This document shows positions 36,222 through 52,429 of a stretch of DNA of 64,000 nucleotides, in pieces (position 1 is the first letter of the stretch; the number at the start of each line of letters is the position of its first letter). Source of the stretch: the human T2T-CHM13v2.0 reference genome, Homo sapiens. Both the position numbers and the translations under genes were made by a program. The notes below the pieces were generated by a model, which worked only from the letters and a program-made list of their open reading frames with translations, searched no databases and was not told where the DNA came from. The stretch lies in NCBI RefSeq assembly GCF_009914755.1, contig NC_060937.1; one strand, 5' to 3'.

Positions 36222-36673
36222 ATTTTTGTTTTTTTTTTACTTTTATTTTTAAGTTCAGGGGTACAGGTGCAGGCTTGTTACATGGGTAAACTTTTGTCAT
36301 GGAGGTTTTCTGTACAGATTATTTCATCACCCAGGTATTAAGCTTAGTATCCATTAGTTATTTTTCCTGATCCTCTCCCTCCTCCCACCCTCCACCCTCC
36401 GAAAAACCCCAGTGTGTGTTGTTCCCCTCTACATATCTATGTGTTCTCATCATTTAGCTCCCACTTGTAAGTGAGAACATGCAGTATTTGGTTTTCTGTT
36501 CTTGTGTTAGCTTCTAAGGATAATTGCCTCCAGGAGCTCCATCCATGTCCCTGCAAAGGACACAATCTCATTCTTTTTTATGGCTGCATAGTATTCCATG
36601 GTGTATATAGACCTCATTTTCTTTATCCATTCTACCATTGATGGGCATTTAGGTTAATTACATGTCTTTGCTA
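36222..36673 (-). mobile_element. L1PA (older, about PA11-15) 3' end
   Basis: Poly-T then TTAAGTTCAGGGGTACAGGTGCAGG..TTTCATCACCCAGGTATTAAGC..GTGAGAACATGC. Confidence 0.9.
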
Positions 36674-37606
36674 CCAGCCTTCTGTCTTACTACTCCCTAA
36701 CATGAACCTTTCCTGCCCAGCCCCCGGCTTGCACATACACTGCTCAGGCCCCTCACAGATCACTCTGCTTTGAAAATGTTTCCTTCCAGCCTTGCCTCAA
36801 TCTCAAACCTCACCTGTACTTCAAGGACCAGCCCAAGCTCCACCTCCTTCTAGAAACTGTCTAGGACCAGCCCTCTCCCCTTCTCTCAGTAATCTCCAGC
36901 CATGTGGGTCACTGCACTGCCTAGCTAACACAGGAAATTACCTCTTCTTCTACCTCTCTTCTCCTCTTCTACCTCTATTCTCCTGGCTCGTTGTGTGGCT
37001 GACCGCTTCTTACTCTTTAGGTTTCAGCTTAAATGTCATCGACGCAGGGAGGCCCTCACTGACCTCCTGTTTACTCACCACGTTCTCTGTCATGGCTCTC
37101 TTTGGTTCCATCCTCATACTTGGCCCTGTAGTGTATCCTGTCTATTTAACTCAACTTCCTTCCCTGCCTTTTTTCTCACACTGAGAAGAGGAATCTTGTC
37201 TACCTTGTTCCTCAATATATCCAGCCCCTTCACAATACCGTAAGTCTGATTTCCAATAAGTATTCTATCTGATAAATGAATGAAAAAATGAGTACCTTAA
37301 CTCATAAGTAGGTGATTTGTTATTGAACTCTCAGGGTACATCTCTCTTATTCTCAAGAGCAGAGCTGCCTGCCTACTAGCACAGAGTTATGCATTGGGTA
37401 GGTATCTTGTAATTATGAATAAGTGCCTACCACAAATTTAATATCTACGGAGTTTACATTTGAGTATTTCTAGATTTAGACTCCACAGTGATCCTGCTTT
37501 ATAGTTAATTCTAAATGGTTGATGGTGGGAGCCTGAAGCAGAATTCTGACTGATTAGGTAAATTACCTGGTAGGCGCTACATTCTAATGAAGATTTCAAA
37601 ATTGCT

Positions 37607-37980
37607 TGCAGCCATGAAAAGGAATAAGATCATGTCCTTTGCAGGGACATGGATTAAACTGGAAGCCATCATCCTCAACAAACTAACACAGGAACAGAAA
37701 ACCAAACACCGAATGTTCTCACTCATAAGTGGGAGTTGAATGATGAGAACACATGGACACAGGGAGGGGAACATCACACACTGGGGCTAGTTGTGGGGTG
37801 AGGGGCGAGGGGAGGCAGAGCATTAGGACAAACAGCTAGTGAGTGCGGGACTTAAAACCTAGATGATGGGTTGATAGGTGCGGCAAACCACCATGGCACA
37901 CGATACGTCTGTAACAAACCTGCACATTCTGCCCTTGTACCCCAGAACTTAAAGTAAAATAAAACAAAACAAAATAAAAT
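37607..37980 (+). mobile_element. L1PA (about PA8-10) 3' end with 9-bp TSD
   Basis: L1 3'UTR; TSD AAAATTGCT at 37598-37606 and 37976-37984. Confidence 0.92.
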
Positions 37981-38214
37981 TGCTACACTTGTGCTGTTTA
38001 ATGGCACTAGTATACCTCATATATTATCACTGGGCTTTATTGTAGGAATACATTTTCATCGGTCTGCTTGTCAAAAATCTATCCAGTTCTTTGCTCTGCA
38101 AAGACCTGACAGAGAGACTTCCACTCCCATTTTATTTTCCTCCCCTGGGGCAGATGCAAAGGAGAATTTTCACTGTATTTACATTGGCATTTTGCCATAA
38201 TTTCCTCCATCGCC

Positions 38215-38635
38215 TGTGACAGAGAGGCTGTCTACTGATATCCCTGTTCCTTTTCTTTCATGGCTGTAGAATTTTCAGTTGGGCCACCTAGTTAGAAACC
38301 ACATTTCCCAGCCTCCTTTGCACTTAAGCATGGCCAGGAGATAAAGTTATGGCCAGTGGGTTGCAAATGGAAGGTATGTGTGCAGCTTCCAGATCATGCA
38401 CTTGAAAAATGAGTGTCTTCCCTTTCTTTCCTTCTCTGGCTTAAATGTGGATGTGGTAGTGCCAACCATGCAAATGAAAACAACATCCAAAGATGGCAGA
38501 ACAACAAAGTGGAAGGCAACTGGGTCAACAACCTCATAGCCGCCATGCAGCCCAGATGAGGGGTCAGAAGGTTCCACAAGATAGAACTTTCTATTTTGTT
38601 TAAGTGACTGTTATTTGGGATCTTTTTTAAAAAGA
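38215..38635 (+). mobile_element. MLT1J-like LTR
   Basis: TGTGACAGAGAGGCTG start; ACCACATTTCCCAGCCTCCTTTGCA core. Confidence 0.6.
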
Positions 38636-39239
38636 TGCCCTTGTAGGCCCCACACTTTTCTACCTTCCCCATTAAGAAAAGTCAGCAGTATCACCTCCAT
38701 TTTGCTAAACCGAGGTCAAGATAGGGTGTGCCCCTGTTGCTCAATGAAATCAGCAGAAATTCTAGATGTTGAGCCACCGTCTCCTGCGACGCGTTTCCTC
38801 GGCTTCTTCGGCCGCCCAAGCTTCTTCTCTTCGTTGAACTATCCTTACCCTTCTTTCAGCTCCTGTCTTGATCTTGCCCGGGGACATTGATAAGCCTGCA
38901 CAACAGATCTGAATAATGGATACTTTGAGAGACGCTAAGCAGGCTTATCTCCTACTAGCAATATTTTTTACATTCCCAGATGGAATTTGCCCCATTCCTT
39001 TTTCTCAGCTTTCCCTGAGGTTTCATTTACCGTACCAAAATAGAAGCACAGTTTCTTTCGCCTTAGAGATGCCTCCAGAACATGTGATCTGAGCTTGTCA
39101 CTGTGGATTGTTTTCAGGTTATTAGAGACCCCTCAGACATCAAAAATATCAAAGCCCATTCACCATTTGTTGAACAGAGATGATCATCATGTCTCTAAGT
39201 AGTCTAAATGAAAGCAGCCAAGAAAAAAGGTGGGGTAAG

Positions 39240-39695
39240 TCAACTCGTTCCTGCAACAATTGTTTGTCAGGCACCTGCTCAGGTACCATCCTAGGCACTG
39301 GGGATACACTGGTGAACAGACAGTCAAGGACACAGAACTCTCATTTTAGCTGGAGAGAGACAGGCAAGGAAGAAGAGAAGGAGGAGCAGAGGAAGAAAAG
39401 AGAGGAGAAGGGGAAAGAGAATGGGAAGAAGAAAAATGGAGAAATTTCAGACTGCTAGGAAGACATTCAGTATGCTATGAAGAAAACACAGTGGGTATGG
39501 ATCAGGGAAGGTCTCTCCCAGGAGACACTGATTGACTTGAAGTTCCAATGACAGGAAGTTGTTGGTCCGGGAAAGGGAGCAGCAGATGCCAAAACCCCCA
39601 GGTGGGAACACACTGGGTGTGTTGAGGGGAAGAACCAAGACCCTTATGGCTACAGTGCAGTGAATAAGGGGTGAAGGGCATGAGATGGAGTCAGC
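39240..39695 (-). mobile_element. L2 fragment
   Basis: CTAGGCACTGGGGATACA..TCAGGGAAGGTCTCTC motifs. Confidence 0.65.
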
Positions 39696-42600
39696 TCATA
39701 CTCCTTCCGGCCCCTCTTTTCACACATTGGAAAGGTCAGGGAAAGAAGCAGTGAGATGCCCACCTTTAACTATTGTTCTTCCCAACAAGAAGAGAGGAGC
39801 TGAAGAAACCTCTGTGAGTCTGGGTTCCTGGGCCCAGTCCCCATCTATTCAATGTCCTTTAAAGAATACTCTGCCTGCAGTGTTTACACTTGTAAGCGTG
39901 GTAATTCTGATAGTGACAATAAGTATTGGTAATTGACAGCATCGCTAAACTTCCATATTGAGTGTATCCTCCTCTTCCAATTCCAACTCCTCTAAGATAC
40001 ATATCTTTCAGCACACTCAGATTGTAAAACCTCCTTTTTATTAAGGCTGAATGTTTAATGGAACAACTAATCCTAAAAGCAAGGCTGAGAGTGACAAAAA
40101 AGAATCTTGCCTTGAAACCCCTTTTCTCTGCATTTAGGACATGGCAGCTCAGATAGCCCCATCTCAGCTTTGAGCCACCCAAGACAAGGGTTCCAGTCAG
40201 GTCTCTGGGATAGATGAAATGGGCTCATATGACTCTGTCTTCAGACTTCAGGTTTACCTTTGAAATGAACGTAAGTATCTCAGAGACTAATGTCAGCTAA
40301 TTGGTATGTAAATTATTGAATATACTTTTTCTCTTTTCCTGGAAATCATGATAACTTCTTCCTCTCTCTGCGGCATACCTGTCATTCTCCATAAATTCAA
40401 AGAAATCACTGCAGACCTGTCTGTGGTCAGTTATTCATTGCCTGTGCTGTCAATGGGGAAAGCACATGGACTGGCCACAGTCCCTCAAGTCTTGTGGACA
40501 CAGATACTGTGCAAGTAATGTCTGGGGTGAGAACCATTAGGGAGGAGAAAATCAGGTCCCTTTGCAAACAACCATCTTCAATGTCCAGCCCTGGGCCTAG
40601 AGAGCTAGGTGAGTTCTCACCTTGGGTGAGAGTTCTTAAAGGTCTCACCCATCATGAGACATTTGTTCTGTCCTTTAGAGATTATTTTGCTTTGTGATGT
40701 ATACTGGAGGAAAAAAATAGGAGCAACTAGTTTTGCTTTCTAGCATCCGCCTCCATTACCCTATCTCCCAAAGCATGACCCCATCCCATTTTTCTTACTC
40801 CAAACATCATCAAAATATGGGCGATGTAACATAGAAAATGATGTGGAATGGTGGGAAAAGGCCAGCATTTGGCCTGAGATGATCTGGGCTTTCATCCCAG
40901 CTTTGCCTCTGAGAAGCCCCTCCACACTCCGAGGATAACTCCCATCCCCACTCTCACGGGTTATTGTGAGGATCAATGTGATCATTTACATGAAAATGCT
41001 TTGCAGACCATGGAGCATTATTCTCATGTCAGCTGCTGTTCCACAAGTCGTAGCGTATTCTGGACTTCAGCTTTTCCTGACACTCAGATACAGATTCCTG
41101 CTATTCTTTTGTGACACCCTTCATGACATGCCCCTCCTTCCATCTTTTGTTTGTGTTCATTTAAAATCCAGGCTAGAATGGCTTTCCCTCAGCGCCATGC
41201 TGGTTCCTTTAACTGCCTCTCTTATTTTCTTCCTTGTTGTTATTTTCTGTAATGTTCCAGATGAGATGTCATTGCAGGCTTCACAACCTTCCCAGGGTCT
41301 TTCGGAGTCATCCCCCAATCCAAATCCCAGGCACCCCTCTATTCCATTTTACCAACTTGGAAAATCAGAAAATTCCTTTCAATCCAGATCAGAGTTGTCT
41401 CTCTCAGACTGGTGTCAAGTAAAGATTTATCAAACCCTTGGCTTGTCCATGAAGTCTGTCCCGTTTGCTGTGGCCCAGGAGGAACTCTACAGAAGCCAGG
41501 GGGTCAGAATTCCTTTTCAGGGTCTGACATGGTGGTTCACAGCCTCACTTGACCAGAACGTTCATCCGCACACTCAAAGTTTTCTTGGCACTTCCAGACC
41601 TACTGTGAATCAGGCCCAGCCAAACCAAGAAGCCTTGCTCAGCCTGGCCTTGCTGGCTGCCATGTCTTTGTTCACTGCAGAGCATGACCTCAGCCTCCCA
41701 GGCAGTTTGCAGCAGCTGGGGCAAGCTTGAGAGCTGATTTACACTTGGTCTGGGAGGCAAGTCCTCTCTCTCAGGACCTACCAGAGGCAGCTCAAGCACG
41801 AGCTTCCTTTCTTCATCCAGGCTGGCCACCACTGACCCTGGTGGCAGCTGGCCAGCCGCATTACTGCCCTCTCTGTTCCTAACAGCCACAGAGGCCTTTG
41901 CGTTGAAGCTCTTGGAGTCAAAACAAGAATGTCCTAATCCTCTGCTTGGGAAGCTCCAGCAGTTGCCAGGTGACATCATAGGAGGGGACTGGGGAGAAGT
42001 CCTGAGGCAGGCAGGGAAGCAGAAGCTGAGGATTAAGCCAGTGTTTAAGTACAAACATGGGAAAACTCAAGCATACAGAAAGGAAACTAACATCACTTTT
42101 TTCCACTTCACTTAAAGAGGTTGCTGGATAATCGCAGTTCAGATGCAACTCCTTCATTAGAGGTGCCTTGTAGCCAGCGACAGTGACTGGGGAAGGAAGC
42201 AAGGTGCATGATAAAACACTGGGGTGTTAGGGGAAGGGGAGGAGGGAACATCATGATGCTGGCAAAGACACTATGGAAGCAGGTCCTTCCAAGCTGTGGG
42301 CAAACAAGCCAGGGACCCAGCACACTTCAGCTGGGGTTCTTATCCTAGAATCCACAGCTTTCTTCCTGGCCTGGGCGTGTGGTTTCTGGAAACATAGAGA
42401 AACATAACCAAAGAGCATCCCAGTAAAACGCATATGGTCCTTGAGCAAAAAGCCCAATCATGGCAGAGTGGTGGCTGTACCCCAGCTCCCAGCCTCTGAC
42501 CTTTGCTTTACCAAGCACCTCTCTTTAGAGTGACTTATAAGGAATCTCAGAGGGTATGCCTGTGTTTTCAAACAAAGATGCAGAGCTGTTTGGTTACTAT

Positions 42601-45600
42601 GCAGGAATGAGTCTTTCTTCTTTCTTTCCTTTTTTTAGCCTCCTTAATTCAATCTACCCATCTTCCATACTCATTACCAAATGTCACCGAATCCCCTGTG
42701 TCAGACAGAAACAACAATTGTTTGCTTGAAACACAGGTTCATTTATATGCTGGAATATGACACATCTTACAAATGGCAAATCGAGAAGCATTCTGAAAAA
42801 TAAGCACTGGCTGGGAAAAAAAATGTAACTTTATATTGTCCAAAACACTCAACGGGGAAATGCCATTATTTTCACTTGCTGCAATCAGAGCCATCAATAG
42901 ACCTCATCTTTTTTAATTCTGAGTACTTTTTAAAAAGTGTGTCCGTTTAGGTTCTGGCAACTAAAGCCTGAGGATTTTGTTGTTGTTTTGGTCACAATTT
43001 CGGAACTGTTTAAGGATTTTCTTGGAGTTATTTAAGAAAGTGGCCCCTTTTCTTCTTTCTTTCTTTATTTTGTTTTGTTTTGTTTTGTTTTATGGAAATA
43101 TTGACCCATCAGGTTTTACTTAAATCCTCCTTGGTTATGGGCCTCCGAAGACAAAGCCATATCCATGGCAACCACAGGCCACACAGCAGAAGAAAGAACA
43201 CATCCAGACACAGCGCATAATAGCTCTGTTTACTGATGACTAAGATCTTGAAAGCACTACTGTACATTCCAACTCCCAGCTCAGGGCAGGACTCCAGCCC
43301 GTCCTCATCTTCCAAGTCCAGCATCTATAATCAGAGCCACAGAAAGGGAGAGAAGCCCTTTTCCCAGCCCTGGTCTGCTCCTCCCTGGGGGTGAGGGATA
43401 TGCCGCTTCCATCAAGGCTCTCGATGGTCCTGCAAGAAACAGTAGGCCAAAATGAGAGGGAGGCTGGATAGGGACGAGTTATGTGGGGAAGTACTGGAGC
43501 CCTTACAGTTCTAGGGGTTTCTCTGCCTAATTCTAGCTGTGGTGGCTGCCTTCTGAGGTCAGCCCTGCAGAAACAGCCTCACACTGAGGCCATGCTCCAG
43601 AGACAGGCCTTCAGACACCGAGAGGTACAGGCAGCAAGTTCAAGTTCACATTCAAGTGTTTTGTGACTTACCCTTTGACCCCTTCATGCACCAGCATACC
43701 TCATTCCATCACTCTTTTCCATGTGCCAATAAAATCCTGGTAAACACATAAGCATGAGTAAAAGGCTGTGCACACCAAGTGCCTCCCAGCTTCCTGACAC
43801 ACGGACACAAAACAAGAATGGATACAGCTCTCCTCAAACTGCTAAACAAGAACAAAGAAGTCTCAGGCTTGCAAAGATCTCTCAGGCAGCCCAGCCGTTC
43901 CTCTGGAAAATGAGTTCGTCAGAAAAAAACACTTGGAATGGAAAGGACTCAAGTCCAGAGGGCTTTTATTTAAACCCCAAACACACAGAGCCCTCTACGG
44001 TAAGGTTTCAGGTGCCCAGATCTGGGAGGCAGGGGCCACGGAAGATGGGGAGCAGCCAGGGGCCTGCGATCCAATCCCATGTGCCCTGCAGGGACTCCCA
44101 GGCAATGAGAAAAGCCATCTCTATGGCTCGTGAATTGTGGAAGCCACTGCTAAGGGGAGGAAGAAGGAACAGAATCAGTGCTTCATTTGCAGCAGCTTGA
44201 GTTTTTATCTGTTTTCTGTGTGTGATTCTACATGCATATTTGATTGAATTTTTTAAAAGTTCCAGCAGTTAAAACACCTTGAAAATCACAGTTTGAGAAA
44301 AGAAGAGGAATAGCAGGAGGAGGAGGAGGGAGGAGGGGTAGGAATACAGGTGTGCCAACTGGGCGGCATGCACACACACACACATTAGCTAATTTAGCCA
44401 TCATCCCATTAACCTTATCAGGCAGGCACTGTGTGTTCTATTGCTTTCTATAGATGATGCCGGGATTTGAACAAAATACAGAACTTTCCCCAAGGTCACA
44501 CATTGGCAGAGTCATCCCAAGTCATGCATCAAGGCTGACGCTGCTCCCCAGGGCTAACTAACTCTCTCCCCTCCCCACCAGCTTTATTTCTCTGCAAACT
44601 TGTAGCTGTTTGCATATGATTACAGAAAATAGGAAAGGTAACCTAAAGAAAGGTAACACGGGCTGGGACAGCTCTACCAAGAAATTCCAAATATTAAGCG
44701 CTTGCTAATGTGCAGTACTCTCCAGGCTGAATCAGTCACTGTGACAACCTTTGATGGCAAATGTATTCTGACTTCTAAAAGCTCCATCCTGAAAAGCAGG
44801 ACTCTCTGTTTCTTGTCATCAGTGCCTGAGGTACTCTTTTAGATCTCCGTGCTTTGGAGATGTTTAAGCTGCTCCAATTTTTACCATTACAGAGAACTTC
44901 GTAGAATTGCTGGGAATTGGAGCCAGCTCTCTATGCACAGGGAATTTTCCACAGTGTCCTTGCCAGAAAGGGAGCGTGAGCTCAAGTTACAAGGCCAAGT
45001 GAAAAGGATTTGTGAAGGTTTCCTTTCAGAGCCGTGTGCTGGGCAACCACTTACAACGAGGAACCAGCTTTTGGACTCAAAACGGCTGGTGAAAGTAGCC
45101 AAGGCTCTGTGCCCAGATCTGCTGGCTTTTTTATAATTTGAACTAGTTGGAAAACTCACTAGAGAAGGTTGGGTTTAGCAGGAGCATCAGGGCTGCCAGA
45201 ACGGGGGAAGTAACAATGCCCCAGTATCAGGCTTTTTGCTTGGTGTCTGGTCATTGAGTTCATTTTGCTTGCCAGGGGCTTATGGATCAAGCAGAAGCTG
45301 GAGAATGAATCTGTGACACGAACTTCATAAAGAATCTTGCACTGGCTGCACGGTTGATCCCTCAGAACATCTCCAAGGGTTGTTGAACTTGTTTCACCCA
45401 GTTCAACTTTGGGTGAAACAAGGAAGCAATTGGTGGTGAGGAAGGGAACAGAGAACTGCGATGCCAGGGACTCACATCTACACCTGGTCACTCAAAACTA
45501 AAGAACCAACAGAATACAGCAGCTGCTTCGTCTATGTGCTGATGGAGCAGTGGAAGCCTAGGTATTCTCTTCCAGGCCCTCTGACTCCTTTCTACCACTG

Positions 45601-45841
45601 ACTCCCAAGCCAATCACCCTCATTCAGCAGTGACCTACCTTTGTCTTTGTGTCATGCACTTAGGTCCGCTGGCAGATTGTTGTGGTAGTCAGCGTATTGA
45701 ACCCACATAATCTATAGGTTCCTTATGTTTATTCTTCTCACTAAACTTTTTAAAACTTTGTTTTGAAATAATAATAGGCTCACAAGAAGTTGCAGAACGC
45801 TTAAAATTTAACAATAATTTACTTGAGATAAGACCCGTAGC

Positions 45842-46145
<304 letters not shown>

Positions 46146-46284
46146 TAGAGCTGTGGTCTTACTCACTGTATCTTCCTTTCTTGGAGGTCTGTTTGCTCTA
46201 TGGGGGACACAACATGAGGACAAGAGTAACAGGAGACTAGACATTCATGAACACTTAGGGTCTAACTTTCTTACAAGCAGAATG

Positions 46285-46438
46285 ATTTTATATATATATA
46301 TATTTATATACATATATGAATACACACATATATATGTGAGAGACAACCACTCTGGAGAAGAAATCCATATATATACATACATATATATATACACACACAC
46401 ACACATACATATATATGTGAGAGACAGAACCTCTCTCT
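46285..46438. repeat. (TA)n/(CA)n low-complexity tract with internal duplication
   Basis: CATATATATGTGAGAGACA occurs twice. Confidence 0.85.
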
Positions 46439-48895
46439 AAATATCCAAGCTTTTCATTCTGTTTTTATTATTGCTGAGCCTCCTAGGAAGTGAATTTTAT
46501 TTTCCCTTTTTATTACTGTATTTGTCATATCTGACATTGGCCTCTTTCCAGCTTGTGAAAGTACCAGTTGTTTCTGCTAACCCTTAAATAAGAGCTCAAA
46601 TTATTGTAATTCTCGATATAGAAATTCATTCTGATAAATCTCCCCAGGGCCTTCCACACCCAGCTAAGGAATAGCAGACCAAGACTCCACCTTACAAGAA
46701 TTTAAGTTTAAAAAATAAATAAATAAATAAACAAACAAAACACCTTCAATTTTCATTTGCGAGAGAATAAGGGAAGGTGCACTCTGACAAGAGGGAAGTT
46801 ACCCAGAGGAAAAAAATCAACGGGATCTAGGTTATGTGGTTAAAAAGTCTTCAAATGCTAGAGAAGAGCATTTTGTGAGTGGTTGACACTTTTTGTTTAC
46901 TAAAAAATATCACCTATAACCAAAATAGCATTTCCTGTGCAAGGCCCAAGGCATCTAGGTTTCGTTTCAGGGTGAGAAGAGGGACCACCCGCCTTGCCCT
47001 GGGGGAGGGGAGGAAGTGGTGCAGCACAGCTGGCTTGGAATCTTGTCCCTTCTCTGCCATCATTGCGGGTGATGCTGTTGTTCATCATTGTTCATAATCT
47101 GTATCTTTGCCCTTCTTTGATACTTGATGTATCAAAGATGTAGATTTCTGGAAGTAGAATTACCAAGTGAAAGGAAAGGCATGCTTATGGCTCTTACTAT
47201 GTATTACATGCTAAGCAACTTTCCACGAAATGTGTACCAATTCACCTTCCCAGTGTATCCCACAGTCACACGCAGAGCCTGCAAGATGCTAAGTGCCAAC
47301 ATTAAAGCATTTACAAAATTATTGCAGGGTCTTTGGGGAGTCAGGTTCTTTGACTGATTCCTCACATAATGTAACAAGATCAGAAGGGATTGGAAAATTT
47401 GCAGGCTTTATTGACCAAGACTTGTGAAAAATGGAGTAACAAGCACCCCAGACCCCCTGTTAGCTCATACTGTAATGTTGCAAACATTAAAAATCACATC
47501 TTCCTCAAGGCACTTTACTCCATCTGTCGGAAAATGATCATAATAAATATCAAATCTACAATGACTGCAATGGACAGGCAGGTCCTTTGAGCCATGTGGT
47601 GCACATTTGCTACTCTCAAGATGTCTGCCACTGCAGGTCTAGAGGATTCTATGCCAAAGTTTATCTCTGTCACTGAAGGCCAGATACACGACAGAACCTG
47701 TCACACCTGCTGGTGCACACACTCAGTCTCCCTCCTTCCTCCACCACTCCGTGATTGCACCAGCCAGGCACTGCTCAGTTAGAAAACCCCTAAGCCTCCT
47801 ATTTGCCTGGAAATTACAGTTGCCCCCAGAGGTGTCTGCTTTCAAAGGTGTTCCAGTCTGTGTTTCCTGCCCTCTTAGGTTGCTCCATTTAGATATCCCA
47901 GCAGTGCCTCAAATTTGTCAGAGGAGACAAATCTCATTCTCTCTGCCCCACTTCTCTGTCTCTCTGGGGATGCTTATCATCTTGGGGTTGTCAACAAATC
48001 ATCCCTTCCCTTCACGCCCCACCACCAAGCTGTTGCCAAATTCTGATTATTCCTCCTTCACTTCTCTTAGTGTTTCGCTCTCTCTCCACCTCCCCTGAAT
48101 CAATTAACCCCAATCAGGACATTAATGAGCACAGGTTATGGAAAATTACTCCAACTTCTGATAACTGTCAAGTTTACTGCTCCTACCTTAGACTCAATGA
48201 ACACATTGAAGACAATCCCCCTGTATGAGTGCTTACAGTGGAAAACAGCACTGGATGGAGAGGCACCCAGGGGCAAGAAATAAATGGTGAGGTCGATGCT
48301 TAGATTCGCTAAGCTTATGCATAATGAGAGAGTCAGGTGGAAGGTGGTGCAACTGCACGGGCTGCAGGTGTTCAGCCAACAGAGCCAAAACCCACTGGGG
48401 GCTTCCCTGACAACAGCAAGGTGAGCTCCCCAGGTCCACTGTTAAGTGCTGCAACATCTAGGCAAAGTTCTGACAGGCCCCCCTTTGCTGCACACAGCAG
48501 CATTCCAATTCTGCAACTGCTTTGAAGCTTCCAGTGGAAATCCTAATGCGGGCGTCATCCCCGCAACTAACCTGCAGTTCTGATGACGCAGAAATCCCCA
48601 GCATCAGATTCACCCCAAGGACCTACTGTTTCCATTTTAAAATTCAGGGCACACAAGGCAGGCCTCCCATAAAAGCTGCTGCTCCTCCCAGCCCCTCCTT
48701 ACCCCTCTTTTGGGAACTTCCCCTTGGAAAGTTGGGAGAAAAGATGGAGAGAGGTCAGAACCAGCATGTTCCAGGTTTCCCCTGAGCTGCTGCTCTGAAC
48801 ACTTACCTATCTTTTGGCAAACAGTTTGTGGCAATAGACAATCCTTCTTCCTTCATCTCTACTGAAAAGAAAACTGGAAGAAATAATGAGTGGTA

Positions 48896-49855
<960 letters not shown>

Positions 49856-51674
49856 ATAGCCTTAAAGCAAAGCATACTGTGATCTGGGTTAGTCCACAAG
49901 GAAAACTTTATTTTAGGACAAAATTGCCAAATTCTGAAAATGAGGGTTCTGGAATCCATCTCAAGAGACCTCTTAAAACAGTCTCATCTTCCTTCCAAGG
50001 TGTGGTTTGTGCTGACCACAGCAGAGCACCAGCCAGAAGGCCCTAGAGTCCAGAAGGTCCTCATCCAGGGGGTGGACCTCTCTCCACCCCTAAACCTCCA
50101 GAGCTTTCCCATCACATTTAGAATGAAATCCAACCCTCTTACCCTTTTTGTGTGTTTGTGCGTGTGCTATTTCCCACTACAGTGTAAATCTAGATAACTG
50201 CCAGCACATACTAGACACACTGTAAATGTTTGCTGAATACATGAATAGCCCAAATATAAAGAATATAGAAATGCTTATTTTTGCCAGCAAGATTTCATCT
50301 CTGGCTTAATTTTTTCTTAATTGAGATATAATTCAGATTCCATACAATTCAGTCTTTTACAATTCAGGGCTTTTTAGTATGTTTACAAAGTTGTGCAACC
50401 TTGTAAATATGGTAAATCACCACTCTTTATGTTAAACTACCACTATTTTAATTTCTCTGGCTTAACTTTAATACCAGTTCATCCTTCCTCTCTACCTTGT
50501 GGTTCTAATAGGAGCTGCCAATCATAATACCCCATATTCATCAACCCTAGGCAGGGCCCAGGGCCTAGGCGAGGTCACATTCCCCCAGCACTTTCCAACA
50601 GAAACTAAGAAAGACCTTCCTTCTCGGGTGGGGAAGCTGGGAGGAATGAGTACTGAGCCAGAGTGCCCAGATCCCTTGCCATGTGGAAGCAGTTGGTCCA
50701 TGATAGCTAAGAATAAATCTGACACACAGAGAGAAAACACTGATTCTGATTGTCCCCAAGGCCAGCCATCCCATTCTACTTCACACAGTTTGGTTACATT
50801 AGCCAACAATCCTCCCCTAGTGGAGTTCCAATGGCTTTCTGTAACTTGAAACTTAAGGTATTCCAATCAATAAAGTCCTTGTCCTGCTCACACATCCTTC
50901 AACACATGCTTATTAAGTGTTTACTGTGTGCACGGCACTGGCCTTGGAGAGTAAAATCTAGCAGGGCCACAACAAGTGTGGTAAATGCAATGAGAGGGAA
51001 ATGTGCAGAGAAAGCATCTCACCCACAGTCAGGGCAGAAATGACATCTAAGCTAGGACCTAACTTTAGAAAGGAGTAAGTATAGGAAGAGAAGTACACAA
51101 GATGCCATGGGAATCAGAAGCAACCAGCATCCACAGGAGAGGTAAGGGAAGCTATAGGAACCATGTGATGTTCGAATTGAGCCTTAAAGGATGGATAAGA
51201 TGTAGATATTTAGAGAAAGGGCATAAGAGCGTCTCAAGTAGAAGAAAAATTGAGTAAAGGCCAGATACAGGAAACAGTGTGAAATTAACAGGAATCTAGG
51301 ATACATGGAGGGAAGAGGTAGGAATTAGGCTGCAAAGGCAGATTGGGAGCACTCAGCAAGACAAAGCTCTTCGGGTTTAGGGCAGGGAAGCAGCATGTTC
51401 AGCTCTGCGCTGTAACAGCCAGGAGAATGCAAGATAGAGAAGATGGGCAAGATGGGGTCAGGGAAACCAGTGTGGTGCCTATTGCAATAGTCCAGAGAAC
51501 AAGATGATTTAAACCAGCAGAGTGGCCAGGGAAGTAGATAAGAATATATGTGAGCATAACTGAAGAGGTAGAAATAAGATTTAATAAAATAATAAAATAA
51601 ATAAATAGTAAAATAAAATAAGCTTTAATTAGACGTGGTGCGAGTGGAGGAGAAAGAGGGACTAAACATGCCAA

Positions 51675-51716
51675 TGATGACAATGATGATGATGGTGATG
51701 ATGATGACGGTGATGG
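51675..51716. repeat. Imperfect (GAT)n repeat followed by MIR (51720-51850)
   Basis: Read directly; GGAAACTGAGG..AGAGATTAAGTAAC MIR core. Confidence 0.8.
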
Positions 51717-52008
51717 CCTTAAACTGGGCTAAGCCTTTTATGCGCATTATGTCATTTAATCTTCACAACCCTATGAAGTAGGTCCCATTCTTATCCCCAC
51801 GTTAGATTCTAGGAAACTGAGGAACAGAGAGATTAAGTAACTCAAACAAGGAGATCTTGGATGACACTAAAAAATAAGTAATCCAAGTAGAAAAGGACTT
51901 GGGAAGGAGAAAGAGGTCACTTTTGCACATACTGTGTTGAAGTTGCCTATTTGCATAAAGCTGAGCCCCCAACTTCAGTTTGACTGTATCCCTATGAAAC
52001 AGGAATAG

Positions 52009-52429
<421 letters not shown>

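Noticed and set aside
40966-41730. 254-aa ORF, the longest non-L1 ORF
   Set aside because: Starts at a GTG in MIR-like sequence, has no recognisable domain and a Leu/Ser-rich composition typical of non-coding DNA
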